DNA from: Cirrosporium novae-zelandiae
Taxonomy: Eukaryota
Length of the DNA stretch: 64,000 bases
Assembly: GCA_026023565.1 (NCBI GenBank)
Contig: JAPETS010000008.1
Span: 558,001 to 622,000 of the forward strand
Direction of reading: 5' to 3'
A model generated the notes under the pieces. That model was not told the DNA's origin, did not search any database, and saw only the letters and a program-made list of their open reading frames with translations. Position numbers and translations under genes: made by a program. Below, piece by piece: positions 12,805-23,993 of this stretch; position 1 is the first letter of the stretch, and the number at the start of each line of letters is the position of its first letter.

Positions 12805-13231
12805 TTATGAGGTTGGGTTGGGGTTCATCTGTAATGATCCATGTCAGCATCCATCTTTGAACTACCAGTATGGATGATTGCGGTTATACCTTTCTCTTGC
12901 CACCGGTCATCGTAACGTTGACGAACCGTCTGGTGTACTGGAGCCTCTTCTTCGCTCGGCCCTTGGGTTGCTTTCTCTTCTCTTGGGGTTCGACCTAGAT
13001 AACCAGAAACCATCATTAGCCAGGTCGTTCATTCCATCCACAATTCATCCAACTGCCTAATTCCACAAGACAGGACCATGCTTGTTTCCCATCCCCATCT
13101 CCCTCACCAGTCCCAGGGGCCAACCACTATTATAGGATATTGATAAGGATTGTAAAATCGTTGAACCGTACCTTTGGAGTCTGCGACTTGACCTTACCGG
13201 CACGGGCGAGAGAGCCGTGCACCTTACCCAT
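12805..13231 (-). CDS. rps30: 40S ribosomal protein S30 (eS30), 62 aa
   Basis: Exons 13231-13172, 12994-12890 and 12828-12805 give [62 protein letters not shown]. Not in the ORF track in the correct frame. Confidence 0.97.
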
Positions 13232-13856
13232 ATTGGCGGTGTTCTTTCGACTGGATTTAACGGGATTTCGATGGGTTTTTCTTGGCTGAGTGGCGAACTC
13301 TAGAGCTTTTTCGAAACGAGTTTCAAGTCAGTAAAAAACGGAACAGAAGGATCCCGGAGTAATTTTGCAGGCCTTTCAGCATCAATCTAGATGATAATGG
13401 TACTCACTTTTTGAAGATTCACGACGTTTGGTGTGATGAGAGTTGGATCGAGGATTGGGGATAATGTGGAATTCGACGGTTGATGATTACGCGACGCTAA
13501 TCTTATTTTGATTGAAAAGAAAGGGCAAGTTGCCCTATGATGGCCACCCCGAAGGGCCGACAGAGTCCTTCTCCCCAAATCAGTTAGGCCAACCAAGCCC
13601 GGAACATTATCTTATCAGATGGTGGAGTCATCATCAGTTGACCTCGGGATCTTTTAATTAGATATCGACATCGGTCTACCCCAGTTAGTAGCTATCAGCG
13701 TTTGAACGGTGGTAGATTCTTGATCATTTGTAATTTTCTTGCCTAGCATTCAGCTGCATATAAACCATCTCCACTCCTCTCGTACCAATCTTCTTTGTTC
13801 ATATTTTTTCTCTCACATTGTATCTACAGTAACTATCGCAGCTCTACTCCACCACC

Positions 13857-14610
13857 ATGCAACTCACCACTTTACTCTCCATTCTCCCTCTCCTCTCTCT
13901 GGCTCATGGGGGCCCCATCTTCCCTCTTCCTAACCTCAACCAAGATATCCTCTCGGCCTTTCTTCCCGATGAATCTACCACTCGCATCCCTACAGTCCAT
14001 GAATCTGCTATCCTAGCTCGCCGTATCCTATCATTAACCCGCCACGGCACCTTCTCCACAGTCTTCCCCTCGGGCGATGATCCCAATCGCCCCGCAGATG
14101 TAGCCTCCCTACCAATCGGTCTCCCAGACTACATTGCAGGTAAGAAACCCCCACCATCACCATAAACAAAACTAACGAGGCCTTCCACAACCCCCAGACT
14201 GCGAAGGCACGGGCAACCCCACAATTCTAGGCATGCCCATCGGCACCAGCTTCAAGAACGCCAACGCCGGCTCCAACTTCACCCTCTCACTAGCCTGGCT
14301 CCCCCCCCACCACGAGCCCTTCTCCCGCGTCGCGCTCCCACGCTTCGCCCTAATCGGCTACCTCGAGGACATCCCCTCTTCCCAAAACGTGAAACCCTGC
14401 TACCTGCTAGCACATCCAGACGCCCGTGCCTGGACACCCGGGAACCCCATTCATGAGAGTCTGTGGATGCGTCTTGTGGTGCGGGAGATTTATTGGATTG
14501 GTGGGTTCGGGAATATGGCTTATATTGGGTGGATTCCGTTGGAGGAGTGGACAGGTGTGCGGGCTAAGGAGATTGAGGAGGCGAGGTTGCCTTTTGAGGA
14601 GGAGGCTTAG
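13857..14610 (+). CDS. Secreted CREG-like / pyridoxamine 5'-phosphate oxidase split-barrel family protein, ~231 aa
   Basis: Exons 13857-14139 and 14198-14610. Signal-peptide-like N-terminus. Motifs PTVHESAILARRIL..GTFSTVFP, PIGLPDYIADC..GNPT, LPRFALIGYL and IYWIGGFGNMAYIGWIP. Confidence 0.85.
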
Positions 14611-15975
14611 GTTAGGAAGTGGAGGGGGAGGAGGTGTTGTGACTTTGAAATATCCTCCTTTGTTTATAATTGATGGAATGTTCTCTCTTTCATGATTTAT
14701 CTATGCAATGGATCCCATACTTCCAACCAACAACCCACTCATCATGTTCAGAAATGGCCATGAAGTTCATGCATCTAGCGTTGCTTGTCTATATGGTTCA
14801 ACGAATATCAGAATGCACATTCAACTCATAAATATTATATATATATATCTATTCACTTCTCCTTCTACGGAATTTATGATCATCACCATCATGATCAAAG
14901 AAAGACAGGAAGAGCGAGAAAAGCCATAGCTTAGTTACTCGCTCCGCTCGCTGGTATACAATTGATTTCATTTGTGTATATTTTCCAGACTTGAGATATA
15001 ACTATCCTACCTATACTATACTATCAGGAGTATGTAACAATAACCACTCTCATTCTCTATTCTCATCCCCCCCCCTCTCCTTCCCTCCCCAAAACCCTTC
15101 TACAAACCAACCAAATCAATTAACTTTAGACCCAAGCGAAAATAGGATATTTACCTACCTGCCTAGGTACGCATATACATATACATGTACATATACATAA
15201 AATTCACCCCCCATTCAAATAGAAGCACCTGAAGGGAGGAAAATATTTATATATATTTATTCCGTTATACTTTGCTACTTTACTTTAACCGCTAGCTAAA
15301 TAGCTATCCACCATTATTATAAATTCAATTCAAATAAAACATAATGATAAACATTTTTTCTTTTCCCTTAATTAATCCGCTTGCTCTACCTATTGAATAT
15401 ATATATACATGTGGTTGTGATGTCTCCGTTGTTCAAGACGCTCTCCCATCCCATCCTACTCGTTTTTTTGTTTCGACTACCTGCGTTCATAGCGCATATT
15501 TAAGATAATAACGATCTTAAAGGGAAATGGAGAGAAAAAAAAGAGCTGCCAATAATATCAGGAGGGTGAGGCGGTAGAACATTGTATCATTCTTGGTAGA
15601 AGACAAAAAGGAAGAAAAGGGTGCATCAAGCACATGTTGGAATAAAAGGTACTTGCTGTAGAGAAAGGTCTACTTCAAGAAGGGCGGAGTTAAAAGTAAT
15701 AGTGGCAGACAGAAAGCCCAGAAGAATCGGTTAAAGATTAGTTTAGGGGTATCTGCTGTACCTTCAGCTGAAATCTCCTAATTGTTTTATTGCCGTTCTC
15801 CCAAGAATGAGAATCTGGGCCCTGACCATGCAGTCTAAAACCATATATTTTGACACCGATATCTGAATGTTCGTAATATGCCTCATTTCAACATCATCCC
15901 TGATTTCGAGGTAGTAGAGGTACACATATCGTATTATCCACCAAACTATTTCGCTGCCTATCATTACTCTGGTTG

Positions 15976-18900
15976 CTACTTTTTCTTCTTGGCTTTATTG
16001 AACCAATCAAGCAGGGGGATGACTTCCTTAAATCCATCGTCGGAGTCCGATTCCATCATTTCGTCTTCGATCGTTGGTTCTATATCTACGGACTCATTTA
16101 GAGCTGGATTCGGCTGTGACTTTGGTTCTAGTACATGTTGTCGGGTGTCACTTGGGTTTGATGCTAGCTCTGTGGCCGGATCAAGCGGTGGATTGAGGTT
16201 TGGGTTTGGTACCGAATTCGTTTCTTGACGGGACATTGGATAATCCACCTTGTGTTCCTTTGGACGATTGAGCGTATTCCCGCCATCTTCGGGTGTTTGA
16301 AGTGAAACTGAAACTGATTCTTGGCGGTTCGGATTTGGTGTTTGATCGATGATGGGATTCGACAATGGTGCAATCGTCTTTACAACTGGAAGAACATGCT
16401 GTCCGGGGTTAGGTATAAGCATCGGCGTAGAGAGCGGCTCAGAGATTGACCGTAATATTGGTGCAGCCTCTGATGATATTCTAGATATTGGGTTTGGAGT
16501 CGATACTCGTGCGAAACCTGTCGTAGAACGTGGAACCGAGGCTGGTCGCTGTGCTTCGGGTGGATAAGATGTGGTATATTGTGGCGGCCTTGGGTTCGCT
16601 GAGAATGACGCTGGGACCGATCCTTGTTCTGAACATGCATCTATATTGATACCTGCTGCGGGTGGCGATCTAGATATGTGTGAGGACGCATTGGAAGATA
16701 AGACTCTGACTGGGGGAGGTGGTTTTTGGAAAGCGTTAATCGCAGCAGAAAATGCAGCCTCGAGTGTAGTCGGGGCAGTCGAGTATGGAGGGAGTGGCGT
16801 ATATCCGTTGAAGGCTCTCCGAGGTTCTGCAGCCCGTTTTGGATATGGAACTTGAGAAGCAGGCACGGGCGGAGCTGTCCTAGTTTCAACATGTATAGTT
16901 TTCTGAAGAGGCTTAGTTGTAGACGTCGGAGGAGCTATTGATTGCTTGGAAGTTGCAGCATTTTGAGGAGTCGGACACTGGGAAGTAGGAACCGGGGTAG
17001 TAAGGGGTTTCCCTGTGTTCGCCGCTCCCTGGGGGGATAAGTGTCGGACTGTAGAACTTTGGGGTGTAATTGCTTTCCCTGAATCCGTAGTATTTTCAAA
17101 TGGTGTGGATTTGATAGTAGAAGTGAAGGTAACGGGTGGATCTTCAGGTTCTATAAGTGTAGAGGTCGACTTTTTCGTTTTCTGAGTAGTTGAAAGATTG
17201 TTCGAGGCTTGATGGATTGATGGCTTTTCGGGATTTGCAGATCTTCGAGAATGTGTAGGTTTGAAAGTAGAGATAGAGGTAGCAAGGGTATTTTCTCTAT
17301 TTGTCGGTGCCATACCAAGAGACGGAGCCTGTGGTGTAGAAACTGTAGGGACAGCTTTCTTCTTCGTGTCTGGTCTCTCAGAAAATGGGGTAGAGCTCAG
17401 GCTTATCCGTGCAACATCAGCCGTGGTTTGAGGTGTTACATGAGAGTTAAATCTTGTTGGTTTTAGACCATATGACTGGCTTTTGGGGTGTGATCTATAA
17501 TCATCATCGTCCTCATCCCTAAAGTCCCGGTGATGCCTCTGTCTCTTCGGAGAAGGCTCGGATATTTCATGATCGCTATCAAGAGCGGGTTCACCAAAAT
17601 CACTATCATCAGAAACAATGAATCTTCTGGATCTGCGTTTCCGACTTGATGTATTCTTTCGAGCATCTTTATTGTGTTGAGTTGCATTCTCTATCATCTG
17701 ACGCAATAGAGGCCACACTCGAACCCCGAACGACTTTGGACTTTTGCGCCAGTCAAAGTCTTTCCTCCAGAGTTCTCTCAGGAACTTCTTAATGTTATTA
17801 GAAAGAGCTTCAAAGGATGCATTTGTTGCTGGGTTAGAATTATATGTTCCATCGGGTTTGACAAAGGTACCGGAGCTGCAAATCCCTGGGGCAGCGGCAC
17901 TAATCAACACGGCAGTAAGCGCAAAGTCAGCAGGGGAAAATACGTTCGATCGTCGTCCATTTTCTGCTCCAAATGTCCTAGGATAATAGTCCGCCAACAC
18001 GGAATAGATAAGAAAAATGTCGTAGAATTTCTTTTCCAAGTCTCGAGTTAGATTCATATCCTCGACGCGTTTTTGCAGTTGTGCCATTTGAGTTATGTAG
18101 GTCGGTTTTGCTCGTCTACTTCCCTCACACTCCATAATTTGGAAGCATGTGTATATAAAATTTCCAAAATCATTAGAGCGGTTGTGAGACGTTACTATCA
18201 GCGTCAGTTACCTTCCATCAATTCCAGTGGTTTCTTGAACCTACATGTGGCAACATTCGGAAATTCGTTGATCAATCTCCTGATGAATTTTTGCCATGAA
18301 CCATCTACAGCTGCAAACTTCTCCATAGCATTGAGGGGCATTCCTTCTTGGACCTTCTTGAAAAGCCTCCTCTCTTGACCTTCTGTTAATCCGTCATATT
18401 CAAAACATATTAATTCTGTCTCGTCAAATCGTCTCTTAAGAGCGGAGCCGATAACTTTGACATCCTTTATCGCGATAAAAATGACGTTGCCATTCTGGTC
18501 ATAACATGGGTTTCCCCTCTTGTCTACCTTTGGCCTCAAAGGCTGTTTGTAATACCTAATTTGAGTTAGTCAAAAGACGACTTGAGAACTATGGAGAAAG
18601 TACTCACCATTCATCATTGTGCTGATCAGTGATCGCGAGCTTTCCCCTCATAAATTCTCGGATTGATGTAAGACGTTGTTTTCCATCAACGCATACAAAA
18701 TGCTCTCTTTCTCCGCCTCGAAGTCCAATCTTCCGTTTACTCAGTATGATTGGCGGAACAGCAAAGTCCCCTATAATATTGCATTAGAATGACTTGATGG
18801 GAAGATTTAGGGAATCTCACGAAATAGCGACTTGATGAGTTCAGACATCTTGGAAGCTAGATCCTAGTAAGTATCTCCTTTGAAATAGCACATCAGAAGC

Positions 18901-20166
18901 CACTTACTAGGCCACACTACGTCTCGCTGATAGTCTGGGTCCAGAACGAGATAAGGGGTATTGAGTAGACCTGTAAATTGTTATAAATTTTAGAAGATTA
19001 TTTTGTCAAGACTTTCAACTCACCTTCGTACAGGTCCCCAAGCTTTCTTGACACTGATCTTTTGGGTGGTAACATTCCCTTGACATTCAGCTGCGTCCCG
19101 TTATCTGTTTTAACTGCATAGAAATCTCCTTCCTCATCATCGTCATCATCATTATCTTCTGCTTCTGCTTCTCCTTCCTCTTCTTCATTTGTTAAAACAT
19201 AGATGGACGTCTCGTTGTTGAAGTCGCCACTTTCGTTGTCAGATTCCTTATTTATCTCCACGTCTAGGTCTACCAGCAACACATCGTCATCATCATCCTC
19301 GGAATCACCTGCGACCAGAGCTGCATTCAAGAGCTCCAGTTCTGTCCTGTGTTAGTCTATGCATTTCTGCGGAATATTTGTGCCTTAAGATTAAGTAGAA
19401 AATATCGGTAGTCATAGTCACGTTTATCGCATAATAAAAAACGATGATTGGCAATGACAAGCTATAGGGATACTTGATGACGGTATCATATTGCATGGGT
19501 AGTGGTGGAGTTCCACATTTGAGTTTATTTTGCAATGGATGATGATAACACAATATCATACAAGGCTTGCAAGGGATTTATTCGAATAAATAACAGGGCG
19601 AATATACAAGGTATCCACTTCCAGCATCGGGCAATATTTGGGCTTGTTATACTACAATGCCCTTCAGATAATCTCTATTTAGGCTTGCAATTGGATCAAG
19701 GTGAAGGAGACATAAGTGAATCTTGATAACTCTAAATGTGAGGTTGGGAAAGTAATCCTCGGAAAAGTGTGAAAACTGACATTCCTTACCCGAATGTTTG
19801 GAGGTAGTACTCTGCGAATATAGAGTGGAAGACATGGCTCTTCTGTAGAGATAGTTAGCGATAATAAGCATCAAACAAGTACATGATAGGTCGAACAGAA
19901 TGTTAAGAGATAATAGGAGAATGAATTGAATGTAGAACAACTACGTAGGAGCAGACACCCTCTCTCTGTGCTAAAGCATTTTTTCTAAAATCGGCAATAG
20001 AGACAACGACAAAAGAAAGTTTGAAGTTCAACACCAAATCAAACCAAGGCAAACAATAGTGGTCTCATATTGCAAAATAGGAAAAGAATAGAGAGGACTC
20101 AGGAAATAATAGGAGATTAAGGTTATAGGTAAAAAAGGACTTCACTTACCTAAGGTTATCCTTCAT
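15976..20166 (-). CDS. DUF262 (GmrSD/SspE N-terminal, ParB/Srx-like) domain protein with acidic N-terminus and long disordered C-terminus, ~1059 aa
   Basis: Exons 20166-20150, 19842-19790, 19341-19024, 18970-18908, 18856-18821, 18770-18608, 18555-18245 and 18194-15976 (3180 nt, in frame). Motifs LDPDYQRDVVW, LIKSLF..VPPII, CVDGKQRLTSI and ERRLFKKVQEGMPL. Alternative in-frame ATG at 19835; the first two exons are less certain. Confidence 0.8.
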
Positions 20167-20323
20167 TCACGGTGAATAGCACTAATGAGACAAGTCAGAC
20201 GAGAAGTTAAGGCTGAGATATGATGTTAGAAAATCAAGCAAGGATGATATCTCATGGTATGCCTCAACAACTTTTACAGATGAAAGGTTCTTGTTAGCTG
20301 TAAGTGGTAATTACCTTACAACG

Positions 20324-20329
20324 ACGCGT
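20324..20329. promoter_or_regulatory. MCB-like element ACGCGT between the divergent DUF262 and GNAT genes
   Basis: Exact MluI cell-cycle box ~160 nt upstream of the first DUF262 ATG. Single copy, so it could be chance. Confidence 0.35.
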
Positions 20330-20829
20330 CTAGTCGCAGGGATATTCAAGACGGAATGTCGGACTTTATTTTGCCGACTCTTTGAAGAAACAAATACCGA
20401 TACGAGGCTAACACGTGATTAGAGTCCTTTCAATCATGCCTCAGGCAATGCACATAGTCTAATTTTCTAGTGGGGTGTAGTGATAATTGACTCATTAGGT
20501 TGGTTTATGGAGATTTTTCTCTTGGTTTTCAGCTACAGCTGCTTTTTTCTGCTCTTTAGAAGCTACTCCATGTCTTTGAGGGCCAACACAAGGGCGTTGC
20601 AATATCATAGGTAATCAAACCAGCGCATATATTTAAAGATTTTCTAACTGAGAGCTTGCTATATCCATCTTCTCTATCTATGGTATGCGAATTTATTAAT
20701 ATATCACGGCTTGTTTATATGTTTGGATTTGAGTATTATAGTGGTTCGAAAGTAGAATTACTTCATTGTAATTCTCAGCCTTGTGTAGTTTTTAAAGATC
20801 TCGGGTCCTGACTTAAACGTCTCAAGAAC

Positions 20830-21608
20830 ATGCCGTTCCAGATTAGCGAAGCCGCAGAGGCTGACCTTGATCGTATTGTTGATATTCAGTTCGCTGCTTT
20901 CGGACCTGAACCACTTCAAAGAACCCTGACACCCAATGGAATCACCACCGACGACTGGAACAAAGCCAGAGAAAGACATTCGAAAGCCATTATTGAGGAT
21001 CCGACGGTGCATTTTACCAAAGCTATTGATATGGAAACAAATGAGATTATGGGCTTTTCCAAATGGCATATCTGGGAACACGAGAGGCCCGAATCGGAAT
21101 GGAATAGGGACGAGCAAAGAGAATGGGGTTCTGGTACGAACATCGACCTCGCAAACGCATTCTTCGGGGGGTTGAGTAACAGCAGAAAAAATAACATGAG
21201 AGGGAAATCATATTGCTGTGAGTGCACCATTTGTAATAAACTACTCAGTTATAGACATGTAATTCTAGAAGTTGGACTCGAGTATATACTCAAAATTTGG
21301 CAAACGTTCCACAGAGGCAAAGACATATAGACTGATCTAGCATAGATCTGTTAGCCTTATGTACTGATCCGAAATATCAACATCGAGGCGCGGGGACTGC
21401 TCTAGTTAAATGGGGATGTGAAAAAGCCGATGAAAAAGGCTTGCCATGCTACGTCGAAGCAAGCATGACGGGCTATCCAATATATAGATCTTGTGGTTTC
21501 GAGGATCTTGAAAGGCTTGAACTCGACCTAGGATTATATGGAGGAAAGGGTATGGATTGCCATGTTTGCATGATTCGGCCAGCCAAGAGTGGAGTGAGGA
21601 CGGTCTAA
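20830..21608 (+). CDS. GNAT-family N-acetyltransferase, ~216 aa
   Basis: Exons 20830-21217 and 21346-21608. Acetyl-CoA motif A LCTDPKYQHRGAGTALVKWG, then GLPCYVEAS..GYPIYRSCGF. Confidence 0.9.
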
Positions 21609-21693
21609 AGGAGACCCTTTAACTGGGACTTCGAAATGGGAAGTTCTCTGTTTTGGAATTCGGTGACGTTGGTAATTATATGATTTCATTCCA

Positions 21694-21731
21694 AGATATC
21701 CAGAATTCAGATATCCAGAATTCAGATATCC
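21694..21731. repeat. 15-bp tandem repeat (AGATATCCAGAATTC) x2.5
   Basis: Direct reading. Confidence 0.85.
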
Positions 21732-23344
21732 ATACTAGCCAAATATCAAATATTCTCTAGGGATTTAGGGGAGCCGCTGACGTTTTTCGTGTTTCGTTTC
21801 TCATGATCATCCGATCTATTGAATTGTATACTTTGGACTGCTCTAACAAGGTTTGACTGTAAGTACAACAACCTAAAGGCCAGTTCCTCACTTTATGTTG
21901 CAAAACCAGCCACTTGCAAGAATTATGGGGATATATCAGGCGTAAACACAACCAAGTATAACATACCATGGGGCAAGTCTGTGCAGGCACTTGTTTAATA
22001 GGTAATAGCTAAAGTTCCTTGCGGGTAAATTCTAGAAAATTTGCCGAGATTCCAATAAAAGCAAGGTGCAGATGCTTGGGCGGCTCCATATATGTGTGAG
22101 TTGTACTTTAGTACCTGCCGTGGGTTTTCAGATATTTAGAGAGGCGGTGGATATTTCAGATTTTGACAGCGTCGCGCCTCGTGGCATCGATCAAGCAACT
22201 TCAGGTTACCGGTAGGGATCTCAGGCTTCTGCAGCTCACCGACGATCCAGATTGACCATTCAAGGCTGATCTGCAACAGGGAGAGTTTTAGGATTAAAAA
22301 CCGGGTAGACCATGTAAAGCCAAAATAGGGAAAATTTCAAGGATCCTAATGACTCAGTGACGATGGTGGCAGGATAGCGGTAAAAAGCCAAGGGAATTTT
22401 TTTAACTTATCAACTTAGTTGCCTTAATATTTAACTTATGAGGGGGAAGACCTTTCTCGGGGCCGAGGGAACATCAAGCATAATTGAATCAAAAAGTTGG
22501 AAAAGGTGGATCTGACTTTATTGATAAATAATCATCATCAACCAACACTGATCACGAGTGGTTACGTGCACCTGGATACTGAATGTGGGAGTATTGAAGA
22601 TATGTATGATATGTAAGATAGAGTAGTTGGTAGTTGTAGTTGAAAGTGATATCTAGATGTTGAATAATTGATTAATCACTCAAGATTTAGGTACCTATCT
22701 AGGTAGTTAACCGCTGTAACATATGTACTAATGTATCATGTCATGTATGTTGTATTACCAAAGAGTTTCGGCATTTCGGAGGTTGACATTCGGAGGTAAC
22801 GGGAGGAATAGTCCGCAGTAAATACACTTTATGAAATACTTTGCTTACCCAGCTAAGTAACCACTTAATTAAAGTACCTTCATCATGGAGTCAGGGGAGG
22901 GAATAAATTATACCTTTTATGCTCCATGATGCAGTTCCAGCAGATCCCGTGTCCCCAGAAACTCTGAAAGAACTTCCTTAAGAAACTTGCCAAACTTGCC
23001 AAACTTGTAATAAGTTGCGAGTTCTGTACAACATCAGCGGTGTACTTACTTATCAACCTTGCTTAGTTAAAAATAAAATAAAAAAAATTAGAGGAAAAAA
23101 ATAAAAAAGTATTATTGGAAACGGCGTGTAAAACCATTTGATTCCTGATGATCCCATTTACTGGCCATCTAGATTCCTCCTGGGCGCTAAGGCCGTATCG
23201 ATTTGGCCCTGTCGCACACGTAGTGAGCTCGTTGGCTGGTTGATTCGGTCTTCTGGCTTTTTTACCTTACCACTGCTAACAAAACCAGTACACCACACAA
23301 CACGCTCGTACTCGTTCGTTCGTTCCGAGCAGCCGTCAAGATGT

Positions 23345-23401
23345 TTGGACTCTCGGATTCTTGGACTCTCGGATTCTTGGACTCTCGGATTCTTGGACTC
23401 T
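23345..23401. repeat. 16-bp perfect tandem repeat (TTGGACTCTCGGATTC) x3.5
   Basis: Direct reading; upstream of the FLC/TRP-like gene. Confidence 0.9.
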
Positions 23402-23993
23402 TCCACCAACTTTTCTTTGTTCGGCTTCGACAGCGTATCCACTCCTTCACATTACCACAGAAATCCATTGTTCGGCTTATTCAACACTAACCAAGTATCC
23501 TTTCCCTTGCCAGACCAGACCACTGTCGTTTATTTTTCTATTGAACACTGTCCATTATTCACTCTTCAACCTTCTTCGCATTGAAAACTACACACTGACC
23601 TGTTGTGCCCCTCCTGATCGTTCTTTCTCTACTTTTCTAGCACTTGTGACCACTGACCAACCCTTGCAACACACCAATACCACCACCATCATCATCACTC
23701 CAAATACGGGAGATTAAATCGTCTGCTCTTCTCAATAATTCGACTAGCAAAAAACCATTAAACATGGGGAGGATATAAGTGTCCGATCTGACTGATCTTT
23801 TGTCCTTGGGCTTTCCGGGAGGCTGGAAAATAGACCTTGCTTCTACCAACACGAGCTACACATTGCATTGCTGACCCCACAACCACCAAACACAAACCCA
23901 GCCTCCAAAAAAGCTAGGAAGCTCTCCACGCAGGAGCTAAATACTCACCCTGGACTTCAGTTTGCATCGATATCACAACAAATTTACGAGACG

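Noticed and set aside
23345..23401. CRISPR-like direct repeats
   Set aside because: Head-to-tail 16-mers with no spacers in a eukaryotic genome; an ordinary minisatellite.
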